DNA of 64,000 nucleotides from a virus (taxonomy: Duplodnaviria > Caudoviricetes), in the IMG/VR virus record IMGVR_UViG_3300028800_000092, positions 1,703-65,702 of that record; one strand, 5' to 3'. The notes beneath the pieces are model-generated. The model was given only the letters and a program-made list of their open reading frames with translations, did no database searches and was not told the DNA's origin. The position numbers and the translations under genes are program-made. Each line of letters opens with the position of its first letter. Within the stretch, counting starts at the first letter, position 1. This document shows, piece by piece, positions 46,668 to 55,685 of the stretch.

Positions 46668-47263
46668 TATAGACCATCCTCGTCACCGGGGTTATTCCAA
46701 GGCCAATTGTTAGGAGCGGGGGCCGGGTCATATTGAACGGCGAAGTCTGCGAGGCCTTGTGCCTGCGCTTGATATGGCACAAAAGGCGGCTCTGGTGCGT
46801 TTCCTTGAGCCATATTACCCGCGTTATAAAGGACCCTTCGAGCCCGTTCTACTTGTGCCGCCACATTCCTATCTCTTTGAGGGCGATAAGCAAGGGGAGG
46901 ATAGTCCCCGGCTATGACTCTACGTACGAGGGGCATGTTCAATTTCAAGTGTGCGTGCTTCGGTTTCTTGTGCGCTCCACGTAGAACGCCAAGTGCACTT
47001 CGCTTCGCTAGGTATCGGCTACGGTTCCTATGGGTCCCACGGGGCTCTATATAAATAGAGAGCCGGGCGGGGCCGTTTAAGCGCATTTGCTCCGCGTACG
47101 TCTTACAGGCTTTGAACGTGGATACGATACGTTCCTTCATGGTAGCGCCATTGCTGGCAGCTATACCGTAGTCTAGCCGAAATTGCTTGAGCCGGGTCTT
47201 GGCGAAGGAGCCAAGATAGATTTGACCGTTAAGGTATTCGAGAACGTATCGTGTTTTGGTCAT
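46667..47263 (-). CDS. Hypothetical basic protein
   Basis: Coupled to both neighbours. Confidence 0.55.
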   Translation of the reverse strand: MTKTRYVLEYLNGQIYLGSFAKTRLKQFRLDYGIAASNGATMKERIVSTFKACKTYAEQMRLNGPARLSIYIEPRGTHRNRSRYLAKRSALGVLRGAHKKPKHAHLKLNMPLVRRVIAGDYPPLAYRPQRDRNVAAQVERARRVLYNAGNMAQGNAPEPPFVPYQAQAQGLADFAVQYDPAPAPNNWPWNNPGDEDGL

Positions 47264-47566
47264 TTATTTGATTCCAGCGGCCCTCTCGCGTGGGGCGGGT
47301 TGGTTGCGCTCTGGATGATGCCAGCAGGGCTTAACGTCGTCGCAGTTCTTGTCGAGGTAATCCTTGAAGCAGGGGTTGCAAAGCACCACTGTTCCTGTAT
47401 TAGTAGTTTCGCCCCCACAATGACGACAGTGGTTCATTGGTGGGGCGGGTTGGGGGCTAGGAAGGGCCCGCCCATTGCCATCTACATCGTTTCCGTCCAC
47501 ATCCTTGTATGCCACTACTGTCCCTTCCCCTCTCCGTTCCTCTTTGGATACCCGTTTCTTACCCAC
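47264..47566 (-). CDS. Small Zn-binding protein
   Basis: CRHC ... CNPC; start uncertain. Confidence 0.5.
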   Translation of the reverse strand: MGKKRVSKEERRGEGTVVAYKDVDGNDVDGNGRALPSPQPAPPMNHCRHCGGETTNTGTVVLCNPCFKDYLDKNCDDVKPCWHHPERNQPAPRERAAGIK

Positions 47567-48258
47567 TTCGCTATGCTATCAGCAAGTCCCGTAAGCCCTT
47601 GTCTAGGACCTTCAACACCTGGAGCGGTGTTGACCTCAAGGACGTAATAAGCTCCATCAAATCCTTGAAGGATATCTGCTGCCCCGAAATCGAGTCCAAG
47701 CGCATCCACTGCCTTAGCACCGATTGCACGTAGGGCCTCCGGAGTTCCCGGAGCAATGTCAAAGGCGAAGCCGTTGTCGTAATTGGCACCAACTCGCTTG
47801 CCAAGTTGTTCGGGATGCTTAAGGACTTTTTCATAGACTGCCTTTACCGTTCTCCTGAACGCCCAGACACGATACTCTCGCTGACGTGGAATGTACTGCG
47901 TGAAGAAATCTGACTGACGTTGACGCGCAGGCCATTCCACGTCTTTGCCCAGTATAGGTACAATGTCTTTTCCCCCGACATGGTGAAACTTCCTTCCCAA
48001 GAGCGGGAACTTAAGATTCTCTCCAGTCCTTGAGAAAGGAGGGACGCTAATTCCTTTTTCTCGCAGTCGCTCAAGTTGCGCATACTTGTTTAGCTCTCCT
48101 GCCCGTGCGTTTAGGCACGGGAGCTGACTGTGAATACGTACGCCATAGGAAACTACGGCATCTTCTTGGCCATCGCGGGCCAGTTTGAGGCCACGTTCAA
48201 TGAGAAGGTCACGGAGTAAACGGCCTGTGGGGCCAGCGGCAGCGGTGAATTTAATCAT
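47515..48258 (-). CDS. ATP-grasp peptide ligase (RimK/YheC-like, phiEco32 type)
   Basis: NKY....L...G..VP, TQYI....EYRV, ALGLDFGAADI, YVLEVNTAPG. Confidence 0.9.
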   Translation of the reverse strand: MIKFTAAAGPTGRLLRDLLIERGLKLARDGQEDAVVSYGVRIHSQLPCLNARAGELNKYAQLERLREKGISVPPFSRTGENLKFPLLGRKFHHVGGKDIVPILGKDVEWPARQRQSDFFTQYIPRQREYRVWAFRRTVKAVYEKVLKHPEQLGKRVGANYDNGFAFDIAPGTPEALRAIGAKAVDALGLDFGAADILQGFDGAYYVLEVNTAPGVEGPRQGLTGLADSIAKWVRNGYPKRNGEGKGQ

Positions 48259-48409
48259 AGATATCTGGATATGCCTCTTCTACATCTTCCAACGCCCGTA
48301 GGACAGGAGTGTCAATGTAGTTACAGTTGTCGTTAAGGGCGCTTGCGAGTGTCTTAAGTAACCGAAAGGCTTTAGTGTATCGACCCTCTGCTTCAGCCAT
48401 AAAGTTCTT

Positions 48410-48595
48410 TCAGTGTAGCTTTACCCACTGTTGCGCACGTTTCCAAACGCACGTTCGGTCATATACAATGGTGTCCGGCTCATCGCTCCCTTTCCCACAA
48501 CATTCACAGTGGTATTCGTACCCAAGAGCAAAGTCGTTGTGACTAATGGGGTGACAAACAGCTAGATCAGAAACTATGTTTGCTGCTTCGTTCAT
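48410..48595 (-). CDS. Small Cys-containing protein
   Basis: Overlap-coupled to amidotransferase stop. Confidence 0.4.
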   Translation of the reverse strand: MNEAANIVSDLAVCHPISHNDFALGYEYHCECCGKGSDEPDTIVYDRTCVWKRAQQWVKLH

Positions 48596-49590
48596 GCCCG
48601 TGCTTCCACGTGGCTAGTTTTAATGATTCCCTCTGGTTGAACTCCGAGCGGCTCTCCACAATGTGGACACTCCAGTTCATAAGTCTCGAACTCTTTCATG
48701 GCATCGGGGATACGAACTGCCCGCTTGCACTTAGAGTTCAGGCAGAGCAGATGCTCAGGTAGTGCCTCCGTCTTCCACTTCTCACGGCCACGGCGGTAAA
48801 TGTTATGCTGGTCATATATCGGCGCAGTGAAATGTGTATTGAACTCTAGGGCCTCATGCCACTCAAGCCCATTGTCTCCAATGATATGCGCCGAGTGATT
48901 CGTCATGGTACTGAAGCCGACGTTCGGGATGTTCGGTTGGAACAGCATCTCATGCCATTTATACACAGGCCGTAGCGTTTGATGCAGGAACTGTTTCGTA
49001 CTCGCGAAGCAGAACAGGTCAAGTTCTGGCACGGAGGCCCAGACCATAGGGTTCCCAGACCGGGCGAGTAGCAACTTACCGGGCTGCTCGACAGACAGAG
49101 CGGCGATGGCCCCGGAGCCCTTTAGCTTCCGAAGTTGCGCAATACCGTCCTTGGAGAGGGTACTGTCGTCAAGGAGCGCACGGATGATATCTGAATCCAC
49201 GGCCCCTTCACGTTCCAGTTTCAGTTCCCGGAACAGGATATAGTCGTTTTCGATCTTCCCATTGTGTACAACTACAGTTTTCCCCGTGAACAACGGATGG
49301 TTGTTACGGTTGTCCTCCGGGTCGCCTTGGGTAGCAGCTCGGGCATGGAGTAGCACTGTCTGCGCCTGCTCCAAGTGGTCCGCCAGGAACTCATCGAAGC
49401 GCTTTTGAATGACAAGCTGCCACGCAGGCATGGGCTCTTTCATTACATATATTTCCCCGTTCGGGTACTGGAGAGCTATGCCGGCTGCGTTAGTACCACG
49501 CTTCTGAAGCCCACAGAGCATGGTCTTTACATGAGTTGGAGTGATCGGAGGGGCCTCTCCGAAACGTCGAAAACCACCGATGCCACACAT
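48592..49590 (-). CDS. Class II (Ntn) glutamine amidotransferase with C-terminal Zn ribbon
   Basis: MCGIGG, RG..AAG, HARAATQG, NNHP, HNG.I.N, VDS; C-terminal C....C / CPHC. Confidence 0.9.
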   Translation of the reverse strand: MCGIGGFRRFGEAPPITPTHVKTMLCGLQKRGTNAAGIALQYPNGEIYVMKEPMPAWQLVIQKRFDEFLADHLEQAQTVLLHARAATQGDPEDNRNNHPLFTGKTVVVHNGKIENDYILFRELKLEREGAVDSDIIRALLDDSTLSKDGIAQLRKLKGSGAIAALSVEQPGKLLLARSGNPMVWASVPELDLFCFASTKQFLHQTLRPVYKWHEMLFQPNIPNVGFSTMTNHSAHIIGDNGLEWHEALEFNTHFTAPIYDQHNIYRRGREKWKTEALPEHLLCLNSKCKRAVRIPDAMKEFETYELECPHCGEPLGVQPEGIIKTSHVEARA

Positions 49591-49741
49591 TACTTTGAAC
49601 GCTCCTTAACCTTTGCCATGTAGGCAGAGTAGTTTTCATGGACAGCCTTTTTATATACACGCTTTGCCGACTTACGGTTACGCATGTAGTACACGGCCTC
49701 CGTGACTTCGTCCCATACGACTACCAACCACTTAGCGTTCT

Positions 49742-49933
49742 TCATATTTGCCACCAACGCTTTCTGAGCGGGACCTTGACTACAGCCTTAGATTTCGCTT
49801 GCATGGCCTTTCCGTATCCGTCCGTGAACTCTATTACCGTTGAAATGGTAACCTTTGTACCGGGCTTTACCGATACGTCCGCCATGATTTCATTATGTAA
49901 AGCGGCCGAACCCAATACTTCATTAAGTGTCAC
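49742..49933 (-). CDS. Hypothetical protein
   Basis: Overlap-coupled to ligase 2. Confidence 0.45.
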   Translation of the reverse strand: MTLNEVLGSAALHNEIMADVSVKPGTKVTISTVIEFTDGYGKAMQAKSKAVVKVPLRKRWWQI

Positions 49934-51444
49934 GCAAAAATCTCCTCTCGACCTACATACGTATGCTTACACGCTACGGCCTCTTGCTTCATCTTCCCGA
50001 GCGCCGCTTGCCACTCTTTGTACGACTCCAGTTTCACGTCCTTGATCTTCCAGACCGGGAACATGCCACTACCGATCATTAACTCTATGACCTGTTTATG
50101 GTTTCCCTGATTGTTAACCGCAATCCCGTTCCAATCCCCGCCTACATATATAGAGTCCTTCGGGACCCGCTCGCGCCAATCTTGCGGCAGGAGATTCGCC
50201 CACTGACGACCTATGGCTATTAGATACGGGTCCTCTAAATGCTTCCCTGTTACATGAAACCCGCCACCATACGTGCACAGGTCACAGACGATTTCACCTA
50301 TGCCCTTGATACCACGGGTCTCTACAGTGTCAAGTAAAGATACATAGCCCTTCGGGAGTTCCGTAGGTGTCCAAGTAGCGGGGCGAAGCGCACCTACAGC
50401 TAAAGGTGCTCCGTGAGCCAAGTGCTCCCATAGCTCCGTTAACGTATCTTTATGGCCAGTAATGGCCCCCGGAACCACTGTAACCTGTGGTGCGTGCGGC
50501 CGCTTCCCGTCCATGCCCCATCGAGGCCGAAAGTCGCCCCCTATATGCTTCGGCATCCCTAGGCGTTGAAGGGCACCATATGCCAGCAAGGCATCATCGT
50601 CTAACCCTCGGTAATACCTGAGTAGGTTAGTAACATGGGTGCAACCTTCAACGCCACGAGCATGGTAGAATAACTCCGGGTCATACACCGCGATCTTAGA
50701 CAGAACTAGGTGTAAATACGCTATCCACGGGCTATCCAACCAACTTGGGAACGTGCGATATTCGTAACCGTAGGGTTGGGGACGAACGTCCCCAGGGCGA
50801 CCGTACCTTTGATTATGGGCATCTCCAGCCCTGCGCATGTCCATTTCATGGGCCGGGTACATACCGCTCTTTTCAAGGGATTCCGCTAAGCTATCAAGGC
50901 CCTTGACTTCATTGTTGTACATGACCTTGTTCCGACGGCCTAGGTGAACATGACCGCCAAGGCCATCTTCTTGCAAGTACGGCCCGCAGACCCAATTATA
51001 TGCGTTTGTCTCTGGGACTGTAGCCGACATCCAGCGGAACGTGTCAAGGATACTGGCCAAGACGGCGAGAGAGTTCTTGTTCGGAGCGGGGCGAATCTCT
51101 ACGAGTCGTCCATTGTTGTCGGCTCCATAGGCACGCCCAGCCTTCATTTTGAAGAGGTTCGCGTCTATACGGCGACCGTTCAGAAGCTCTGTGAATATGA
51201 ACTCCGGGTCCGCGCCAAGCATAAAGTGGTTGATGAGTCGGGGGATAGCCCGGTATTCCTGTAACTTAGGCTCTCGGTAGAACCGCCCCAGCCAAGAGCG
51301 AACTTCACTGTCTGTGACTTGCCAACCGAGGGGGTACAGTTTCTGTAGGTCTCGAAAGTCCTTGATTCCATTGAGAACGATGTCCCGGTAGAACCCGCGC
51401 TTGCGTTCTGAGTTCACAGTACCAATGCCTCCGCCTCGACCCAT
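49930..51444 (-). CDS. phiEco32-like COOH-NH2 ligase type 2, paralog 2 (extended termini)
   Basis: LGADPEF, GAD, EIRPAP, LGGHVHLG, YGRPGDVR.QPYGYEYRTFPSWL. Confidence 0.88.
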   Translation of the reverse strand: MGRGGGIGTVNSERKRGFYRDIVLNGIKDFRDLQKLYPLGWQVTDSEVRSWLGRFYREPKLQEYRAIPRLINHFMLGADPEFIFTELLNGRRIDANLFKMKAGRAYGADNNGRLVEIRPAPNKNSLAVLASILDTFRWMSATVPETNAYNWVCGPYLQEDGLGGHVHLGRRNKVMYNNEVKGLDSLAESLEKSGMYPAHEMDMRRAGDAHNQRYGRPGDVRPQPYGYEYRTFPSWLDSPWIAYLHLVLSKIAVYDPELFYHARGVEGCTHVTNLLRYYRGLDDDALLAYGALQRLGMPKHIGGDFRPRWGMDGKRPHAPQVTVVPGAITGHKDTLTELWEHLAHGAPLAVGALRPATWTPTELPKGYVSLLDTVETRGIKGIGEIVCDLCTYGGGFHVTGKHLEDPYLIAIGRQWANLLPQDWRERVPKDSIYVGGDWNGIAVNNQGNHKQVIELMIGSGMFPVWKIKDVKLESYKEWQAALGKMKQEAVACKHTYVGREEIFA

Positions 51445-51929
51445 TTCTTGTACGGCAGCACGTGCTCGGCCATTTTGACCTTCTCAAGCCCAGAGTACAC
51501 AAAATGCTTCTTTCCCTTGAGTGTCACATGCTTTAGGTAATGCTTTACATTTAACCAGCGCCACGGGTCAAGTAAGCTCCCGTAGGCATAGTAGTACCGG
51601 AGCGCGTTCGTATCTGCGTAGCCACGGAAGTTTATAGCGTAGGCCTTTGGAAGTATGGCAAAGAACTCCCGAAGCATATTCTTCCGGTCAATTTCCTTGA
51701 CAAGGACACTCCGAACCGTATTATCCTCTGTCCAAGCGTGCCGGATTTTCTTGAACACTGTAGCGTTCGGCTTGCCAAAGTAGAGCCAAGCCTTCTTTTT
51801 TCCTTGATACGTAATTGCTACCAGCACCCGAGTCGGGTACTTCCCTGCAAAGGGCGCTACTTTCACTGGGTGCTCGCCCGGCAGTCGCATGGGGAGCTTG
51901 TTCGCGCCAACCAACGTGTACTTTCTCAC
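51414..51929 (-). CDS. Basic aromatic-rich hypothetical protein
   Basis: Overlap-coupled in operon. Confidence 0.55.
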   Translation of the reverse strand: MRKYTLVGANKLPMRLPGEHPVKVAPFAGKYPTRVLVAITYQGKKKAWLYFGKPNATVFKKIRHAWTEDNTVRSVLVKEIDRKNMLREFFAILPKAYAINFRGYADTNALRYYYAYGSLLDPWRWLNVKHYLKHVTLKGKKHFVYSGLEKVKMAEHVLPYKKWVEAEALVL

Positions 51930-52567
51930 CTGAAATCCCTCTCTGTAAACGAAGCACGCATAACTATGCGCTCTTCCTTTGGACCGATAATGAAATCAAG
52001 GTCCTTGTAGCTCGCTTCAATAGCGAACTTCCACGTCCATTCACAGTTCTCTGAACCGCAGAGCGGCAACCCCCACTTATGCTTCGCGGTCACTACATGA
52101 CACACAATGCAGCGTCGGAGCTTCGATAGCTCCTTGTACGCTAACTGTAACCGTCGTGCGCAAGAACGATCTGCGAACGTGCTTCCGAGCGCTTCGAGCT
52201 TGTGTATCCGTCGCTGCTCGGGACTGTAAACAGTTTGTAAACAGAACCTACAAACTGCGATAGTACCTTGTGGATTTGGGCTTCCTTGCCAATAGCTGTA
52301 TTCGGTGGCCGCTAAATTACCTGCCGGTACGCCCCTCTGAAAGTAGGCGGGAAGTGTCTGGGGAAGCAGGGGTTGTTCCAATGAACGATTGTACCGCATC
52401 CACTCCCGATTCTGTCGGTAGCGGTCAGATATCGGAACCAGTCCCGTCATCATGATTGGGGGCTTAGGCTCAGCCCAGAGCACTAGCTTGTCACGCCTGT
52501 TGCCCGCGGGCTGCCAAATATTGGCTAGGAACCAACCGGGGGGAGTTACATATACAGGCTCAGGCAC
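51926..52567 (-). CDS. Cys-rich hypothetical protein
   Basis: CRFC, CIVC, CGSENC. Confidence 0.55.
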   Translation of the reverse strand: MPEPVYVTPPGWFLANIWQPAGNRRDKLVLWAEPKPPIMMTGLVPISDRYRQNREWMRYNRSLEQPLLPQTLPAYFQRGVPAGNLAATEYSYWQGSPNPQGTIAVCRFCLQTVYSPEQRRIHKLEALGSTFADRSCARRLQLAYKELSKLRRCIVCHVVTAKHKWGLPLCGSENCEWTWKFAIEASYKDLDFIIGPKEERIVMRASFTERDFR

Positions 52568-52718
52568 GTCGTTCCCTCATTATCTGTACGAGATATCGAC
52601 GGTTATCATAGGCAAGGGGTACCGAGTCAAAAGCACCCTCAGCTTGTTTGAGAGTGTCGAACCACTCTACAATATGCTCAGAGCCGTTGTCTGTGATGAC
52701 CGCCCAGTTCTCGTCCAT
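52560..52718 (-). CDS. 52-aa protein (not in ORF track)
   Basis: Hand translation MDENWAVITDNGSEHIVEWFDTLKQAEGAFDSVPLAYDNRRYLVQIMRERRA; AGGAAGGAG RBS. Confidence 0.65.
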   Translation of the reverse strand: MDENWAVITDNGSEHIVEWFDTLKQAEGAFDSVPLAYDNRRYLVQIMRERRA

Positions 52719-52740
52719 ACATTTACTCCTTCCTTTCAAA

Positions 52741-53050
52741 TGGAAATCCCTCTATCCGGGGCCTATGTGAGCACCCCGGATATGCACATCTCTGTGAAAC
52801 GCTAGAGCCAACCTGAACATGTCGGATAGCGTAGGGTGAGTGGCAGGATATTTTAACGGACAAATGACAAGTGGTTACACAGAAACCTGTGGGCCTAGAC
52901 ACAAGCCCCCGTGCAGCATAGTCATCCCTGCCCCCTCGCAGTTAGGTCTACGAATAGACGCCCTGCTTGGCCGGACGCCGATACTTTGGCGTCAATGTGT
53001 GTACTGAACCCAGTTGATGTTGTCGAACGTCGGCTAAGGACGCAAACTTA
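52741..53050 (-). ncRNA. Structured non-coding RNA region
   Basis: TATCCGGGG/CCCCGGATA, GTCTA-TTCG-TAGAC, GACGCC/GGCGTC, GGCAGG/CCTGCC, ACGCTA/TAGCGT helices; no credible ORF. Confidence 0.5.
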
Positions 53051-53093
53051 CGTTTACACCCGTTGCACGCTACCTTCTTGGCCTTCTGCGCCA

Positions 53094-53420
53094 TTACGTG
53101 GCCTTCTTGACGCCGACGCCCCAGAGGGTGATTTCATATTCGGCCTCGCCCTTGGTCTTGTCAGCGTGCTGTCCGGGCATGGTGCAGAGTGGCACAAAGC
53201 CCCGCTGCTCCAGTTCCCTGATAGCCAATGTTTGGTACGGCACAGTTGTGGCAAAGACAGGCAGCTTCTCTTTCGTGAACGCACTCGTACGTTCCTTAAT
53301 CGAAAGCGCCATGTCATATGCCTGTTTGCGTGTTACCCCGTCCTTGGCGACGGCGGGCTCAGACAAATTCCCCATAATGAGCGCGCCACAACAGAACGGG
53401 AAGAGGGACATATTTGGCAT
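53094..53420 (-). CDS. FPxCC-motif protein, paralog A (GNAT-like by inference)
   Basis: FPFCCG...ATT...Q..A...L...GF..L......H.......ITLWG. Confidence 0.6.
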   Translation of the reverse strand: MPNMSLFPFCCGALIMGNLSEPAVAKDGVTRKQAYDMALSIKERTSAFTKEKLPVFATTVPYQTLAIRELEQRGFVPLCTMPGQHADKTKGEAEYEITLWGVGVKKAT

Positions 53421-53733
53421 ACGTGTACTCCTTCCTTGAATTGATTTCTCTCCAGTTTTAAGCGACCACGTTGTCACTTGCGCTGAGCGCACAGTTCGTA
53501 CCTGTACCAGTAACCGAAGGTATCTCTCCTCCGCGATTCCGGTTTCTAGCTCTGCCCTCGTAGGCTATGCGAGAACTTTCAATTACACTTGGTTGAGTGT
53601 GCTAGAGTTTTCTGGAGAGAATTGCATAGGAGACACCCAGAGCAGTTGAATCCAAACACGGCGAGTTTTGCCGCTTGCTGCGATCCTTAGGGTGTCTCCC
53701 GATAATATAGACCATCGCTGGAACCCGACTTCA

Positions 53734-53805
53734 AGCACGATGACGGATTTGAACCGCCGACCTTTACCCTAACGAGTAATGCTCTGCCATCTGAGCTAAT
53801 CTGCC
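53734..53805 (-). tRNA. Degenerate tRNA (6-nt anticodon loop, bulged acceptor stem, no CCA)
   Basis: TAGCTCAGATGGCAGAGC D arm and GGCGG-TTCAAAT-CCGTC T arm intact; isotype not assignable. Confidence 0.7.
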
Positions 53806-53959
53806 GTCCATCAGTTATGCCTTCAATGAATTCCCGATACTCTAGGAACTCTCCAGCGTTCCAGCAATGGCCCTCGTGGCCTACCTTCTCCGAATGGATG
53901 CATGTACTTGGATAAGAAATACAGTCTTCCGTATACGGTACTCGGCTTGGCCTTGAGCT

Positions 53960-54190
53960 TTACGAATCGAACTTAACTTCGCAGGTCAGCCTGTTTTCGA
54001 CTACAATTTCGCCGACTTTCTTTACGAGTACGTAAGTGCGCTCGAAGTCGTCCCCCTGATCCCGATAGTCGTCCGTAGCCGCTTGTTTGGCCCTCTCCAA
54101 GGTGGTGCGCTCACCGTTTCCGACAAGTTCGTCGTTGCTCTCGTCAATCACGTAAAACGGCCCTGTTACTGTTGTCTTTGCTATTGCCAT
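53960..54190 (-). CDS. Small hypothetical protein
   Basis: Purine-rich RBS; TTLERAK..A...YVLVKKV. Confidence 0.65.
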   Translation of the reverse strand: MAIAKTTVTGPFYVIDESNDELVGNGERTTLERAKQAATDDYRDQGDDFERTYVLVKKVGEIVVENRLTCEVKFDS

Positions 54191-54237
54191 AACTGTAACC
54201 CTCTCTTTTTCTCTGCGTTACTGGCGCAGCCCAGAAC

Positions 54238-54299
54238 TGGTGGAGACTAGCGAGAGCGACTCGCAGAGGCTCACGTTCGCACGCACCCTATTCGTCCCC
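54238..54299 (-). ncRNA. 62-nt RNA with Ala-type acceptor stem and encoded CCA
   Basis: GGGGAC...GTCTCC-ACCA (G3:U70, A73 equivalent); GCGAG/CTCGC arm; GCGA tetraloop hairpin. Confidence 0.6.
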
Positions 54300-54305
54300 A
54301 AACTT

Positions 54306-54435
54306 CCCCCACCCTAGGACTTGCACCTAGGCACTCTCATTGTATGTACAGCAAGAGGCCGCTCTCAACGCCAGAGGGCGATGGGCTGGTTACCAATTAC
54401 TATCCATGAGCGGTTTTCTACGTAGCCTAGTGGGG
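54306..54435 (-). ncRNA. 130-nt tRNA-like RNA with branched domain in place of the anticodon arm
   Basis: 7-bp CCCCACT/GGTGGGG stacked on CTAGG-TGCAAGT-CCTAG; CCGCTC/GAGCGG encloses two hairpins. Confidence 0.6.
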
Positions 54436-54987
54436 TTTTTACTACACCTCACAAAGCGAGGTTAGCGCTTCTCCAAGCAAGAATGTACACAATTAGTAGG
54501 GCCGCCCCGAGAGCTACTCCTGCCATTGCGTCTGCTCGTAGGCCCGATGCGCCCGACTCGGATGGTACAGTGTCGCCAAGCGCCCCATGACCTGTAGCAT
54601 AGAGGCTGCACTAAATGGTACATCAGCGGCCTCTCGAATCAATCTGTCCTCTGCTGCCATCTCTGGCGTCAGTTCCTGTTCTCTCATGAAGTAACTCCTT
54701 AACTTGTTTCTCAAGGAGCGTGACCCGCTACTCAAGTTGTCTAGCTGTTTGACCTGCAACAGCCGCAGCCCATTCGGCTCGCCGTACCTTCTTACGCGCG
54801 TTCCAATCCGTTGCCATAAATGAATCCCCTCCGTTCCACCCATCGCAAAGCGTGTCCGATTCAACCGTATCACGTAAAGTTAGTCCATCCCGGCCACGGT
54901 ACGTAGTTAAACGGGATTCCCGTAAAAGCAATCACCCCTAGAGGCACCGTGCTTCCAAGACTTTCTATCTCTACATGCTACAACGAA

Positions 54988-55203
54988 TTACAGGAACAAC
55001 CAAACGCCCTCTTTCAAGATCGCCCTGGCCCATAGGGCCACAAGCCACTCCTGTAATCCTAGTCGAATGTGTTTCGCTTCGTTAGATGAAACGGAGGGAA
55101 ACTTATTGAAAATTAACTGTAAGTGCGCCAGTGCCGGAGTTCTCTTGAAGCAACCGTAACCGAACCGGTTGCTCAGGCTGCGTTCCTCCGCCGTAAATTT
55201 CAA
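54988..55203 (-). CDS. Hypothetical protein
   Basis: Overlap-coupled to upstream gene. Confidence 0.45.
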   Translation of the reverse strand: MKFTAEERSLSNRFGYGCFKRTPALAHLQLIFNKFPSVSSNEAKHIRLGLQEWLVALWARAILKEGVWLFL

Positions 55204-55685
55204 TTTTCACGTTTCTCTCCTAATCTTGATACGTCCCCCGGAATCCAACGCCCTTCTTCATAACTCCAGTGCCCTTGCGGGCCTCTCTGGGGGTACTCTT
55301 GAAATGTTGTCCAAGCCTCGTCATCCCAACCCTTACGTGCAGTTACGTTCTTCGCCTTGGAACCAACCTTCCGTGCTTCCTGCGTCTGCGCTATGAAGCA
55401 CTCTTTCCTCCCGCAATAGCGTACATTGCTCTTGAAGAAGAACGCTGGACGGCCGCAATGTGTACACGCGGCCAGTACTACGAAGCCCCGCCCCAAGCAC
55501 AACGGACAACAGTCATCTTGTCCCTGTAGCTTCGAATTCACGCGCCCACCGTCTACACATATCGGACAAGGGGCGGTTTCGGGGGCATATATTGCTATAA
55601 CCCCCTTCTTGCCCTTCTTTGTCTTGCTCTTTATGAACCGTAGAGCACGAATCCGAGCACTCCGAAGCACGTATGGCTCTCGCAT
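55200..55685 (-). CDS. Zn-finger protein with DnaJ-like CxxCxGxG repeats
   Basis: CPICVDGG, CPLCLGRG, CTHC; TAATG-coupled to ligase 3. Confidence 0.6.
   Translation of the reverse strand: MREPYVLRSARIRALRFIKSKTKKGKKGVIAIYAPETAPCPICVDGGRVNSKLQGQDDCCPLCLGRGFVVLAACTHCGRPAFFFKSNVRYCGRKECFIAQTQEARKVGSKAKNVTARKGWDDEAWTTFQEYPQRGPQGHWSYEEGRWIPGDVSRLGEKREN

Noticed and set aside
53734-53805. Functional decoding tRNA (Asn GTT or Thr CGT)
   Set aside because: Anticodon loop has 6 nt and the acceptor stem is bulged; isotype ambiguous
54514-54931. Overlapping minus-strand ORFs as a frameshifted gene
   Set aside because: Can be read as two short adjacent ORFs; starts uncertain and no motif to decide
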